Source of the DNA: a virus
Lineage: Duplodnaviria; Caudoviricetes
Reading direction: 5' to 3' (one strand)
Virus record (IMG/VR): IMGVR_UViG_3300037851_001504
Coordinates: 1-49,874 of that record
Length of the DNA stretch: 49,874 bases
Part shown: piece by piece, positions 37,236-46,312 of the stretch
Position numbering within the stretch: the stretch's first letter is position 1
Layout of the letters: each line of letters starts with the position of its first letter
The notes under the pieces: generated by a model
Seen by the model: only the letters and a program-made list of their open reading frames with translations
The model's database searches: none
What the model was told of the DNA's origin: nothing
Position numbers and translations under genes: made by a program

Positions 37236-38924
37236 CTAAGATGCATACCCCTCTGGTATCAGTTTGAATTTAGCTAGCTTACATCCAGGATTAGGAACTA
37301 TCGATAACTCCTTGAAATTGAGGTTTCTGCGCTCAATGATCCCATCTTCGTTAGGTATTCTGTAAGCCAAGGCACCTATAGAGACGGAATTAAAAACCCC
37401 TTGTTTTACCATTAAAAGAACCATAGGATCAGTTATTTCGGCTTTAAATTTGACAGATCGTTCTTCTTCATCCAGCCAAACTTCTACAACCCGCCCAACG
37501 ACAAATCCGGCGTGTCCATAGCTTAGAGGTTTCCCCCATAGACCAGTATAGGCTTTCCGTATTTCTTCCCAGGGATATAACTCCCTGTTGTGGATTCCTT
37601 CTGTCAGAGCTATGCCCTCTATTACGTTATCACCACGAAGTGACAGTTTTACGTCACGCATACTCGCAGAAGCTGAACAGAAACTAGTATCTTCAAAGGC
37701 ACGTTCTCTAAGGGCTTCTGGAATTTCGGTGCCTTCCATAGACCACATATTCTTGTCTTTTTTAAGTAGGAAATATCCTCTGGTTCTATCACCACGGAGT
37801 TCCATAACCACGCCATCATCTGATTGAGATATTATTTTGGCCTTGCCGGAATCTACTTGTTCAGTCTTTCCTATAAAGTCAGTTCCTTCGATAGGTAAGA
37901 GATCTCCTAATGTAGTCATAGATGGGAGTTCTAGACTAGATGAAGATATGTCGAATTTTCCAGCTGCCGAGATATTTAATACGTCTTTAGCTCTAATTTC
38001 CGTATCCCCTTTTTTGGCTACCATAACTCGGCTAATATTAAACGCAGATAGTTCGCTCTCTTCTAGTTTTTCCCTGTCGGCAGACGGGGTTTGATCCTTG
38101 GGCTTCCAAAATAAATATACTGGTTTTCCGCTCGCAACAGAAGATGTCTTGCGGATTATGTGCCTTCCTTTGTGCTTACTTCCATCAAAGAAAAGTTCAA
38201 GAAGTTCTGAGTCGCATTTACCCATCCTACAAGAGCCCCGATCTTCTTCTTCTATTTCATCTCCATCTTCAAGGGGGCCGGCAAAGTCTAACCAACTAGA
38301 GTCAGTCGGTCCTTTGCTAATGGCTATTAGTTTAACTCCGTCAGATTCATCCTTCCACTCAAAGGAGTCTCCTAGTTTAGATCCTATCAGAGAGAACGTT
38401 ATCGCTGACTTTCCATCGGACAAACGCAAGTCTAAATGAGTTCCTATTTTTTTCTTGTGTTTGTGGGAAACAAAAGAAGTAGGTTGAATGGTGGATATTC
38501 CGGGAGATGTAGTTGTAGTAGCCCCCTCGCTTATAATGGCTGCATCCCTATCAACAGTTATATTCTTATTAGGCTTAACATCTGGATTATAAGCAGATGT
38601 TCCTTGGGCAAACTGCCCGCCTATTTTGCCGGAAATCGGCTCGTCGGACTTGAAGAAGTTATTGTCTTTTCCTCCAACGTTTACTGGATTAATCATCTCG
38701 CTTTCTGTTTTCGAAGGAGGAATAGATGTTTGAACGTTCTCTTCGTTCCTAGGATATGTAGCGGTGTTTTTGGCTACTTCTTTATCATAATAATGGATGT
38801 TTTCTTTTAAGTGATCTCTGGTCAGTTTTTCAGACACTTCCCTACCTAGGTGATGTTCTGCTTCTTCTATAGATATGCCCTTTTCGAGAGCTTGTTTGAA
38901 TTCTGAAGAGTTTTCGTCTATCAT
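37236..38924 (-). CDS. Prohead protease fused to LigD 3'-phosphoesterase-like domains and an N-terminal E.EH/DHL.E..YY helical domain
   Basis: C-terminus GKPLSYGH...VVGRV...FNSVSIG...KELSIVPNPG (HK97-type protease); middle FVSHKH....THLDLRL...WLDFAG...DRG...FDGSKHKGRHII. Confidence 0.8.
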   Translation of the reverse strand: MIDENSSEFKQALEKGISIEEAEHHLGREVSEKLTRDHLKENIHYYDKEVAKNTATYPRNEENVQTSIPPSKTESEMINPVNVGGKDNNFFKSDEPISGKIGGQFAQGTSAYNPDVKPNKNITVDRDAAIISEGATTTTSPGISTIQPTSFVSHKHKKKIGTHLDLRLSDGKSAITFSLIGSKLGDSFEWKDESDGVKLIAISKGPTDSSWLDFAGPLEDGDEIEEEDRGSCRMGKCDSELLELFFDGSKHKGRHIIRKTSSVASGKPVYLFWKPKDQTPSADREKLEESELSAFNISRVMVAKKGDTEIRAKDVLNISAAGKFDISSSSLELPSMTTLGDLLPIEGTDFIGKTEQVDSGKAKIISQSDDGVVMELRGDRTRGYFLLKKDKNMWSMEGTEIPEALRERAFEDTSFCSASASMRDVKLSLRGDNVIEGIALTEGIHNRELYPWEEIRKAYTGLWGKPLSYGHAGFVVGRVVEVWLDEEERSVKFKAEITDPMVLLMVKQGVFNSVSIGALAYRIPNEDGIIERRNLNFKELSIVPNPGCKLAKFKLIPEGYAS

Positions 38925-41053
38925 TTCTGTTCTGCCTCTTTAGGTTGTTCTGGTTGAGCTTGCGGCCTAACAAAATCTATTTCGCATTCGCACCAAGGAG
39001 CTAGGGGGCAATCTGGAACACTGGCCAGAGGATATATCTTTCCAGACACGCCAACACACTTGGGAGAGTTATCTCTCGATCCTTTTCGTATTGTTGCTTG
39101 AGCCTCACCTAGTTGTTCCATAGCCCACTTCTTTCCATTATGGTAGTTCTTCCTAACAACCTCGTGAGCTAGCATAGGTGCCCTGTTCTTAAGATTAGCA
39201 AATACTCCTTCGACTGCTGCAGAAGGATCTCTTCCTTCCTGTTGAGCCTTTTCGATCTCTGATATGCATTTATCCTGTATTTTCTTTATTTCGTTTTTGG
39301 AGTAATCGGCATCTTCTAAAGAGTCTCGCTGAAAAGATCCACTCTCTGGAACTTCTTTGCCCATAGCTTCAAAGGCAGATTTGACTCCATTAGCGAAAGC
39401 TGATTCTCCCGCTTCTGCAATGACTGTGCGAATATCGTTACGTATGCCAGGATTAGATAAATACCTAGCATTGAAATTAACATTTCTGACAATTTGCTTT
39501 AGATTCAGAAAGGATTTCTCCAATCTAGAAGCAGTGTCGCCTATTAAGGTATCTGCCCCGTAGTTCATAGGAGGCCCGGTAGGATCTGTCCCTTCTGCCA
39601 TATCTGGGTGCGAGACTTGTTCAGGCTGTTTATCCGCTTCGGCTTCTGACGACTTTTCCTCTGGAGTTACTTCATTTGGGGAGCCTTCTTGGGGCTGTTG
39701 AACCATTTGAGGAACTTTTGGTATAACTGGTTCGGGGGGTAGATCTTCCCACTTTCTAATAAGCTGTCGGACTTCGATGTCGTTAGTCAATAAACCAGAC
39801 TTTACATATGTTAAGAGGCGTTCAGATTTCTTATCTAGGCTTTCAGAAGATATTTCATTCCATTGAATATGGAACGAGCAAGGCCATCCTGCAAGAGCTG
39901 CCTGTCGGTCGAATAATTCTGTTTTGTATTGGTCAGCTACCCACTTTTGGAGGGCTTTCTCGGCGTTGTCGAAGGTAATTCTATCCTCTGGGGTTCCTCC
40001 GCCCATCATCTTAAACTTGAGCCCCGCCATAAAGGAAAAGCAAACATCTTCTATCATATGATCTAAGTGCTCGGCTATTCCGTTGAGATCTACATCGTGT
40101 ATCTTGAAGTTAATCGTGTATGGGAGAACTATCTCATCTTTGTGCTCCAACTTCTTAAGTATTTCTTCCGCTTTGGCTGCATCTTGGGGGGTAGGAGGAT
40201 TATCTGGAGAACCAAGTGTCATAACTATTTTAGGCGCCCCTTTCCTAGCTATAGCCATAGAAAGAGACTCTTCCATATTAACTTTGCCCAAGATTTTCTT
40301 GTAGTTAGGTTCTATTAGTCCAACTCCAAACTCACTATCTGAAAGAGTCAAGAGTTTTATGTGAGATATTCTATTTCTGGGAAGTTCTAGCCACGTTCCA
40401 TAAATAGTCCGCTGAACAAACGATATTGGCTTTCCCCATTTATCTAAAAGAACTTTGCCAAAAATACCCGCTTCTCGTTTGTAGTCCATAGATACTGGGT
40501 CGATCTGGTATAGGGCAATGATAGAGTTCCCAGCCTCGTTGAGTCCGTTTTCTAAAAAATCATTACCATATATACCAAGATACCTAAAAGTATTATGGAC
40601 AAACTTAGGCAGCCTAACTTGAGAACCCCAGGCGGTAGCTGCATCAGTAACTTCTGGGTGATTAATTGGATCGTCTGAAACAAGAGAATAACCTCCTTTT
40701 GTGGCTTCTCGGGCTATAGTCTCTATAGCCTCTTTTACAAAGCCATCTAAATAGTATAAGCGCTCTAGGCGTTTAGGATCTACTCGTTGGAATCTGATAT
40801 ACTCAGGCTTGCGGGTCTGTCTGGCCTTTTCTTGGACTATTTTTTCATACGCTGCTTCTTTTTCTTCCATCAATTCGGCCCGTGCAAGGTCCTTTTCGTA
40901 TATGTTCGACCCAAAAGCCACTGAGTTAGCTGGGACTACTTCCCTCAATATGCCTGTACTTCGTGAAAACTGAGCTTCAGCGGGCTTAATCCCCGTAGAA
41001 CCCTTCCCCGAAAACAGACGTTTCAATTTTTCCAAAGTGGCCTTCAAGTCCAT
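38921..41053 (-). CDS. Portal protein with a C-terminal MuF/SPP1 gp7-like domain
   Basis: Follows terL; IYGNDFLE, ISHIKL...FGVGLIE portal motifs; C-terminal SPKC....GKIY.....P.CPLAPWCEC; start MDLK after GGAG (ORF track starts at 41071). Confidence 0.8.
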   Translation of the reverse strand: MDLKATLEKLKRLFSGKGSTGIKPAEAQFSRSTGILREVVPANSVAFGSNIYEKDLARAELMEEKEAAYEKIVQEKARQTRKPEYIRFQRVDPKRLERLYYLDGFVKEAIETIAREATKGGYSLVSDDPINHPEVTDAATAWGSQVRLPKFVHNTFRYLGIYGNDFLENGLNEAGNSIIALYQIDPVSMDYKREAGIFGKVLLDKWGKPISFVQRTIYGTWLELPRNRISHIKLLTLSDSEFGVGLIEPNYKKILGKVNMEESLSMAIARKGAPKIVMTLGSPDNPPTPQDAAKAEEILKKLEHKDEIVLPYTINFKIHDVDLNGIAEHLDHMIEDVCFSFMAGLKFKMMGGGTPEDRITFDNAEKALQKWVADQYKTELFDRQAALAGWPCSFHIQWNEISSESLDKKSERLLTYVKSGLLTNDIEVRQLIRKWEDLPPEPVIPKVPQMVQQPQEGSPNEVTPEEKSSEAEADKQPEQVSHPDMAEGTDPTGPPMNYGADTLIGDTASRLEKSFLNLKQIVRNVNFNARYLSNPGIRNDIRTVIAEAGESAFANGVKSAFEAMGKEVPESGSFQRDSLEDADYSKNEIKKIQDKCISEIEKAQQEGRDPSAAVEGVFANLKNRAPMLAHEVVRKNYHNGKKWAMEQLGEAQATIRKGSRDNSPKCVGVSGKIYPLASVPDCPLAPWCECEIDFVRPQAQPEQPKEAEQK

Positions 41054-42521
41054 TATCTCCGTACTCCTCAACGTCTAACGCCCGCTCTATGTTAGAATCT
41101 GTGTTTTTAGTCCTTATTAATGTTTCTATATCTCCCATATTTGGGCGCCCAGCAGCCTTCAAAGCAAGCAATAGGGCGGTAACTATGTCGTCGTGCCCTC
41201 TAATTGCCCCGAATTTTTCCCTCTGGGTTTGTTTTGTGACAGTTGACCAATAACATTTGAGTTCATCTATAAGTTCAGGAGAGTTGGGTAATTCAACGCC
41301 CCCGCCTTCCATAAGGGCCTGGGCAAACTTGACCAGATCCCCCTTATCTTTTGTGAAGTTAAAGTTTAATATAGGATATGCTTGCGACTTGAATTTATCG
41401 TATAGTTCTGCACCTATAGTAGTTGCGTCCATAAAGACCATAGTCGGCCGATATAGGTTAAATACGTCTTCAAACTTGTGTTCTAGAGCTTGCCAAGAGA
41501 CTTTATGCAGCCTTGTTATATTGACTACTTCTATAGGCGCATCATTCGCAGGAGATTTCTCCACTACAACCATTACGGTATAATCACGCTTCTGAGCCCA
41601 GTCAACCCCCATAAAGCGAGTCTTTTGGGCATCGAATGGATAATTGTGATTAATCAAGAATCTTTGAAGTTTGTTACCAATACACGCTTGCACTATTTCA
41701 TCTGGAAATACTTGTCCTTCTTGGCTTTGGAAGTCGCACATATATTCCCTTTGGAACATTCGCTCGCCTATTTCTTTTCTAATATTCATCAAGTATTCAT
41801 CAGAGAACTTTTCCGGCCATACGCTATGCCCATCAGTTCCTAACGCGGGAGTGGTAACAACAGTATATACATCTCCAGTTACTGCCTTGTAGAAAAACCC
41901 GTTCATTCCTTCGGGAGTAGATATGAGGATTATCTGTCCTTGCTTCTCGTGAACTATTGGAGTTACGGTCGACTCAAACCAGTCGTCGTCTACCTCGAAT
42001 TTGGCTCCTTCATCGATAGATACGCAATGAGGGTGCTCGCCTAGGACGGCCTCATTAGCTGGCCTACACAATATTCTAGACTCATTGGTGATCTCTACAT
42101 CAGTCTTGTTGAAATCTGCTAAATCGTCGGCTAGCTGAGCTTTGGGAAGAGATCCATATAAGAGCTGGTTATTCATCATCAGCTTTCTAATCTCTCTGAC
42201 TACTTTCTTAGCTTGTCGTTCTGACTTGGAAATGATTATTCCTTCCCATCCTGGCTGAGTATATGCTTTCCAAATGTAGTACGTAATTATGCAAGAATAT
42301 GTCTTTCCAAAGCCCCTAGGACCTATTATTGCGCTTCTTTTCTTGTCCCTAACGGCAGCTAGCCAATCTCTATGAAATGGCTTTATAGTGTTGCCTAAGA
42401 CGTGCTCTGCGAAGAAATTGAGGTCAAAGAGGTTGGCCTCAAAATCGTCCATACTCATCCCTTCTGGAATGATGTCGGCATATGTGCGGGTAAACTTCCG
42501 CCCCTCATTCTCCTTCGGCAT
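40986..42521 (-). CDS. terL: Terminase large subunit
   Basis: Walker A GPRGFGKT, Walker B VSIDE, coupling motif ISTP, FQREYMCDF, nuclease GVDWAQKRD and HDDIVTAL. Confidence 0.95.
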   Translation of the reverse strand: MPKENEGRKFTRTYADIIPEGMSMDDFEANLFDLNFFAEHVLGNTIKPFHRDWLAAVRDKKRSAIIGPRGFGKTYSCIITYYIWKAYTQPGWEGIIISKSERQAKKVVREIRKLMMNNQLLYGSLPKAQLADDLADFNKTDVEITNESRILCRPANEAVLGEHPHCVSIDEGAKFEVDDDWFESTVTPIVHEKQGQIILISTPEGMNGFFYKAVTGDVYTVVTTPALGTDGHSVWPEKFSDEYLMNIRKEIGERMFQREYMCDFQSQEGQVFPDEIVQACIGNKLQRFLINHNYPFDAQKTRFMGVDWAQKRDYTVMVVVEKSPANDAPIEVVNITRLHKVSWQALEHKFEDVFNLYRPTMVFMDATTIGAELYDKFKSQAYPILNFNFTKDKGDLVKFAQALMEGGGVELPNSPELIDELKCYWSTVTKQTQREKFGAIRGHDDIVTALLLALKAAGRPNMGDIETLIRTKNTDSNIERALDVEEYGDNGLEGHFGKIETSVFGEGFYGD

Positions 42522-43266
42522 CTAATTGTTCTCCGTTTTGGGGATTCTCGATAGTTCTTTCGACAACATCCCGCTGTTCAGTCGTGCCGTCTTTTTTAGT
42601 GGTAGTTATTTTCTCCCGACGCTCCTTTAGTCTGACTGCCACATCGTACCCTGGACCAGCAACGCCCCTAGCCTTCTTTTTAACCTTGGTATATGCTTCA
42701 GTGAGTTCTTTTAAGATTTTTAGCCACGCCAGGGTAGCAGTTCCTGGAGCTCCGTATTTCATTGTCTCGAATTGCCTACTGGCATAGAATTCAGATTTAG
42801 CGGTCTGTATGAGGTCGTCTAGTTCTAGACCAGGATCTAGATCTTCCATATCTTGTCGTTCTTTGAGAACTTGGAAATATACTTTTTTGGTAATCTGGCA
42901 AGACACTGGAGCTTCTTTAAAATATGGGCATATTTGAGTTTTAGTTACTTCCCCAGTTCTAGAATCTACGTCAGTTCTGAACGCCAGAGGACATATTTTG
43001 TTAGAATCTGGGTCATAACACTGCATTATTCCGTCGACTACTTTTAAGTATCTTCCGTCTCTGACACTGGCAAGAGACCTCTTCATAGATGCCTTTGAAA
43101 CTAGTTGAATTCCTTTATTTGTGACTACTTCTATGGAGTCCTCGGTTTCGTCTAATGGAACTGGGAGCGTTTCAGCCTTTTTTGGGGCATCTTTTGTTTC
43201 TTCTTTTTTCTCCTCTTCCTTTTCGACTTCAACCTGTTCCTGCTGAGTCCTTTCGTTTTCGGTCAT
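42505..43266 (-). CDS. Terminase small subunit (putative)
   Basis: Immediately upstream of and overlapping terL; helical with three Cys. Confidence 0.5.
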   Translation of the reverse strand: MTENERTQQEQVEVEKEEEKKEETKDAPKKAETLPVPLDETEDSIEVVTNKGIQLVSKASMKRSLASVRDGRYLKVVDGIMQCYDPDSNKICPLAFRTDVDSRTGEVTKTQICPYFKEAPVSCQITKKVYFQVLKERQDMEDLDPGLELDDLIQTAKSEFYASRQFETMKYGAPGTATLAWLKILKELTEAYTKVKKKARGVAGPGYDVAVRLKERREKITTTKKDGTTEQRDVVERTIENPQNGEQLDAEGE

Positions 43267-43450
43267 TGTTTATCACTATAGCCAACGCTCTAGATATATT
43301 AACATGAATAGATTTTAGGTAATCTAAATCTGGTTCAGTTAATCTAGCAGATATCCGTCTCAGTTTCCTCAATTTCTGAACTGTCCTTGGGCCAGTAGGT
43401 GCCGATAAAGAACCTATGGCAGATTTGGAGTTGTCCGACATATCCATCAC
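43229..43450 (-). CDS. RHH DNA-binding protein, first gene of the late operon
   Basis: RRISARLTEPDLDYLKSIHVNISRALAIVI fits RHH; late promoter about 23 nt upstream. Confidence 0.65.
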   Translation of the reverse strand: MMDMSDNSKSAIGSLSAPTGPRTVQKLRKLRRISARLTEPDLDYLKSIHVNISRALAIVINNDRKRKDSAGTG

Positions 43451-43472
43451 ACATATAGAACGTATGACATTC

Positions 43473-43491
43473 TTTATAAATGTTGCCAGAT
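43473..43491 (-). promoter_or_regulatory. Conserved late promoter, copy 1
   Basis: ATCTGGCAACATTTATAAA at the head of the structural operon. Confidence 0.75.
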
Positions 43492-43500
43492 AAAACTAGA

Positions 43501-43516
43501 CGAAGGTATTTTAAAG
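43501..43516 (+). promoter_or_regulatory. Divergent BRE/TATA promoter for the modification operon
   Basis: CGAAGGTATTTTAAAG about 26 nt upstream of ATG 43543. Confidence 0.6.
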
Positions 43517-43542
43517 AGTACAGGAAGTAGAATGTATGACAA

Positions 43543-43812
43543 ATGGATGATGACGATTTTGTACCAGTTCCTCAGCCAACTGAGAAACCAGTACTTTGCC
43601 CAATATGCGGAGGGGGCCATTTAATGGATGTAAGCATCATTTTATCAGCAAAGTCTCCAGAAGTACAAAAACAACTAAAAGAAATAGGAACTAAAATGAC
43701 TAGAACAGATAAATCCCCGGCGAAGGTTAGAGATTATATATGTATGAACTGCGGTCTGGAAATGCCCCACATCCATATACTTAACCCTACTTGGTACCTT
43801 TCTTACACGTAG
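43543..43812 (+). CDS. Zn-ribbon protein
   Basis: CPICGG...YICMNCG. Confidence 0.75.
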   Translation: MDDDDFVPVPQPTEKPVLCPICGGGHLMDVSIILSAKSPEVQKQLKEIGTKMTRTDKSPAKVRDYICMNCGLEMPHIHILNPTWYLSYT

Positions 43813-44145
43813 GTGGTAACAATGAAATGCCCGATGTGTGAAAAGAGAGGAAAATCAATTAGGTGTTTTAGCCGGTGGAAGATACGCAGAAGCAAGAAAG
43901 GGCGAAAGAACTTGCGTGAAGCGATATCTATGTGGTGTCCAGAATGCGAATGGAGCTTTACTGGAGACGAAGGCGGGGTAAGACCAGATTATCCTATCAG
44001 GCGAGGACTTCAAGTAGCCAAAGACGAAGGACCAAAGTCTCGCCAAAAAAGAAAGGAACGGAGAAAGAAATGGGAAGAAGAAAGGGAAAAACTGAGGACG
44101 GAGATGCCTCAGCTATGGAGACTTTTTCATGGAAAGAGAAATTAG
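43813..44145 (+). CDS. Basic Zn-finger protein
   Basis: CPMC...CPEC; K/R-rich; the start may be ATG 43822 after AGGTGG. Confidence 0.7.
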   Translation: MVTMKCPMCEKRGKSIRCFSRWKIRRSKKGRKNLREAISMWCPECEWSFTGDEGGVRPDYPIRRGLQVAKDEGPKSRQKRKERRKKWEEEREKLRTEMPQLWRLFHGKRN

Positions 44146-45034
44146 ATATGCTGAACTATTCGGGGGAATATCGGGATTTGCTCTCGGAATCGAAGCGGCT
44201 GCAAAACGAGCTAATATACCCGTCAGGAATATCTTTTACAACGACGTCGAAAGACATTCAGTTGGCATCCACAACTACAGATTTAATCACAATTACCAAC
44301 CACGGGACATCTCAACAGTCAGAGGAGAAGAGATCGAAGGAGTCGATCTTATCACGGCTGGCTTCCCGTGTCAGTCATATAGTATCCAAGGGCATAGGAA
44401 AGGTCTTGCAGATCCTAGGGGTCAAATAGTTTATGAGCTCTTTAGAATACTCAAAGAAACGAGGTGTCCTTACATACTCCTTGAAAATGTTAAAGGACTG
44501 CTTAGCTCTGATGAAGGAAGATCCTTCGCAGAAATTCTCAGCAATCTGGCTGAACTCGGGTACGATGTCAAATGGCAAGTTATCAACGCAGCGGCGTGGG
44601 TCCCACAAAACCGTGAGAGATTATACATTATCGGACATCTTAGAGACAAACCCGCTCCAAAAGTCCTCTTTGAGGCGATGTCATTGGGAGATGTACAAGA
44701 GAAGGGCCGACGCTGGCAGACTACCTCACTTGCCGGAGAAATACCAGAAGTATCTCCAACCATTACCAAAGAAGTCGGAAGAGGCGTCGGTTTCCACCTC
44801 GTCGGGCTATACGGAATCCTAGATAGGCACCTAACAGTTCTAGAAACAGAAAGAATAATGGGGTTGGCTGATAATTTCACGGCCATTGGTCAGTTTGGAG
44901 ATGAGGTATATCAAGTACCTAAAACTAAGAGGTTCGAGGCGTGCGGAAATGCAGTTGTACCTCAAGCTGTAGAGTGGATAGCTAAACCACTATTAGAGCA
45001 CATATGGATGGAGAAAACACATGGGTCAAAATGA
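44129..45034 (+). CDS. C5-cytosine DNA methyltransferase
   Basis: Motifs I ELFGGISGF, IV GFPCQSYS, VI LLENVKGL, VIII PQNRERLY, IX ERIMGL, X GNAVVP. Confidence 0.95.
   Translation: MEREIRYAELFGGISGFALGIEAAAKRANIPVRNIFYNDVERHSVGIHNYRFNHNYQPRDISTVRGEEIEGVDLITAGFPCQSYSIQGHRKGLADPRGQIVYELFRILKETRCPYILLENVKGLLSSDEGRSFAEILSNLAELGYDVKWQVINAAAWVPQNRERLYIIGHLRDKPAPKVLFEAMSLGDVQEKGRRWQTTSLAGEIPEVSPTITKEVGRGVGFHLVGLYGILDRHLTVLETERIMGLADNFTAIGQFGDEVYQVPKTKRFEACGNAVVPQAVEWIAKPLLEHIWMEKTHGSK
44433..44822 (+). CDS. Nested alternative-frame ORF resembling the beta polypeptide of M.EcoHK31I-type methyltransferases
   Basis: +1 frame within the MTase gene; WLNSGTMSNG...TLSDILET.P.QK......KRRA..GR..LPE. Confidence 0.55.
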   Translation: MSSLEYSKKRGVLTYSLKMLKDCLALMKEDPSQKFSAIWLNSGTMSNGKLSTQRRGSHKTVRDYTLSDILETNPLQKSSLRRCHWEMYKRRADAGRLPHLPEKYQKYLQPLPKKSEEASVSTSSGYTES

Positions 45035-45746
45035 AGAAAAGTACATACTAAGTTATGGAGGAGGACTAAACAGCAGCAGTCTACTTGTTTTTATAATAGA
45101 AAATAAACCTCCCCTAGACGAGGTTATATTTGCAGATACTGGAACAGAAACTCCCGAAACATATGAAGCAGTTAAATATTTTCGCGCATATTGTGAAAAA
45201 AACAAAATTCCTTTTGTTGTTGTTCGCGCGGACGAAACATTATATGATTACTACTTTAAAAAAATGAAAATACCGTCGATTGATCGCAGAGATTGTACAA
45301 TAAAGTATAAGATATTTCCAATAAACAAATACATTAAACAAAAATACGGAAAGAACCGTGTAGTGCACAGTTATATAGGCATAGATTATGGAGAAGCTAC
45401 CAGAATGAAAACGTCTGATGATCCTAATATGATTCTGGAGTACCCGTTGGTGTTTGGACGTATAGACAGAGCAGGGTGTGAAAAAATACTTAAGCATTAT
45501 GGTCATATTGTTCCTATGAAAAGCGGGTGCTATGTATGTCCTTTTGGAAACAATAAACGGTGGAAGTTTATCTATGAAAAGCATCCAGATTTATACGAAG
45601 CAGCCCTTTTGTTGGAAGAGCGATGTAAAAAATTCCCGAAGGTTAGGTTGCATAGGAGAACTTTAAGGGAACTAAAGAAAAACCTAAACGTGAAGGATTC
45701 GTCTCCAGAACCTACGTGTGATGTGGTAGGAGGGTGCTTTTTATGA
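45021..45746 (+). CDS. PAPS reductase/DndC-like PP-loop protein
   Basis: SYGGGLNS, FADTGTETPETY, RDCT...KI.PI, IGIDYGE..R, YPL, KSGCYVCPF, terminal C....GC. Confidence 0.85.
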   Translation: MGQNEEKYILSYGGGLNSSSLLVFIIENKPPLDEVIFADTGTETPETYEAVKYFRAYCEKNKIPFVVVRADETLYDYYFKKMKIPSIDRRDCTIKYKIFPINKYIKQKYGKNRVVHSYIGIDYGEATRMKTSDDPNMILEYPLVFGRIDRAGCEKILKHYGHIVPMKSGCYVCPFGNNKRWKFIYEKHPDLYEAALLLEERCKKFPKVRLHRRTLRELKKNLNVKDSSPEPTCDVVGGCFL

Positions 45747-46312
45747 ACAAAAAGAAAGACCCTTCCTTTATAGACGAAAAAGACGTACAGATAATGGCAG
45801 AGGTGGAAAAAAACCCGTCCATCCTAGGTAGGGAGCTCAACGAAATAACTGGACTAAAAACGACTGCCAACATCTTTAGGCGGGGGAGCATGATACGGAG
45901 AGGCATAATAACTGAACATATAAGAGTTAACTATGACAAACTCGGATGGCCTCACCACATAAAATGCATCTGCAACACGCGGAACTCTCAGACTGACAAA
46001 GTATCGATCGAAGAAGTTACTAACATATTGTCTAGGTTTGGAAAAGTAAGCGAGTATGTTGAACTTTTGGGCCCTTTCAACGTTATGTATGACATACACA
46101 TCCGCAACGGATCGGACCTATCTAGCTTAATATCGGCATTAAAGAACAGAATAAATGACTTCTATGTGGTTGAGCTTGTAAAAACAACGAGAATTTATAT
46201 CAAAGAAAAGGACTTGATAACTAAAGTGGTTCCAGTGTCTAGTGCAACTGAAAAAACATTTTCTAGTGCGTTTGCGTCGTGGTCGGAGAAAAGCAAAAAT
46301 GACGTTAATTGA
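45743..46312 (+). CDS. Lrp/AsnC-family transcriptional regulator
   Basis: IDEKDVQIM..wHTH..GII....VNYDKLG linker; RAM-like ELLGPFNV; ATGA overlap at 45743. Confidence 0.8.
   Translation: MNKKKDPSFIDEKDVQIMAEVEKNPSILGRELNEITGLKTTANIFRRGSMIRRGIITEHIRVNYDKLGWPHHIKCICNTRNSQTDKVSIEEVTNILSRFGKVSEYVELLGPFNVMYDIHIRNGSDLSSLISALKNRINDFYVVELVKTTRIYIKEKDLITKVVPVSSATEKTFSSAFASWSEKSKNDVN

Noticed and set aside
787-43047. Many plus-strand ORFs antisense to structural genes (e.g. 2563..3132, 12270..12842, 26213..27013)
   Set aside because: Shadow ORFs of the coding strand with no recognisable motifs
783-43450. Stop-codon reassignment (TAG recoding) in late genes
   Set aside because: Genes are intact under the standard code; the tail tube paralogs end at the same place, one with TAG (QKWA) and one with TAA (QKW)
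43932-44429. 165-aa ORF as an independent gene
   Set aside because: It overlaps two supported genes; treated only as the upstream continuation of the MTase alternative frame
45021-45746. Complete Dnd phosphorothioation system or a sulfate-assimilation auxiliary gene
   Set aside because: No dndA/B/D/E, ssp or cys pathway genes in the window
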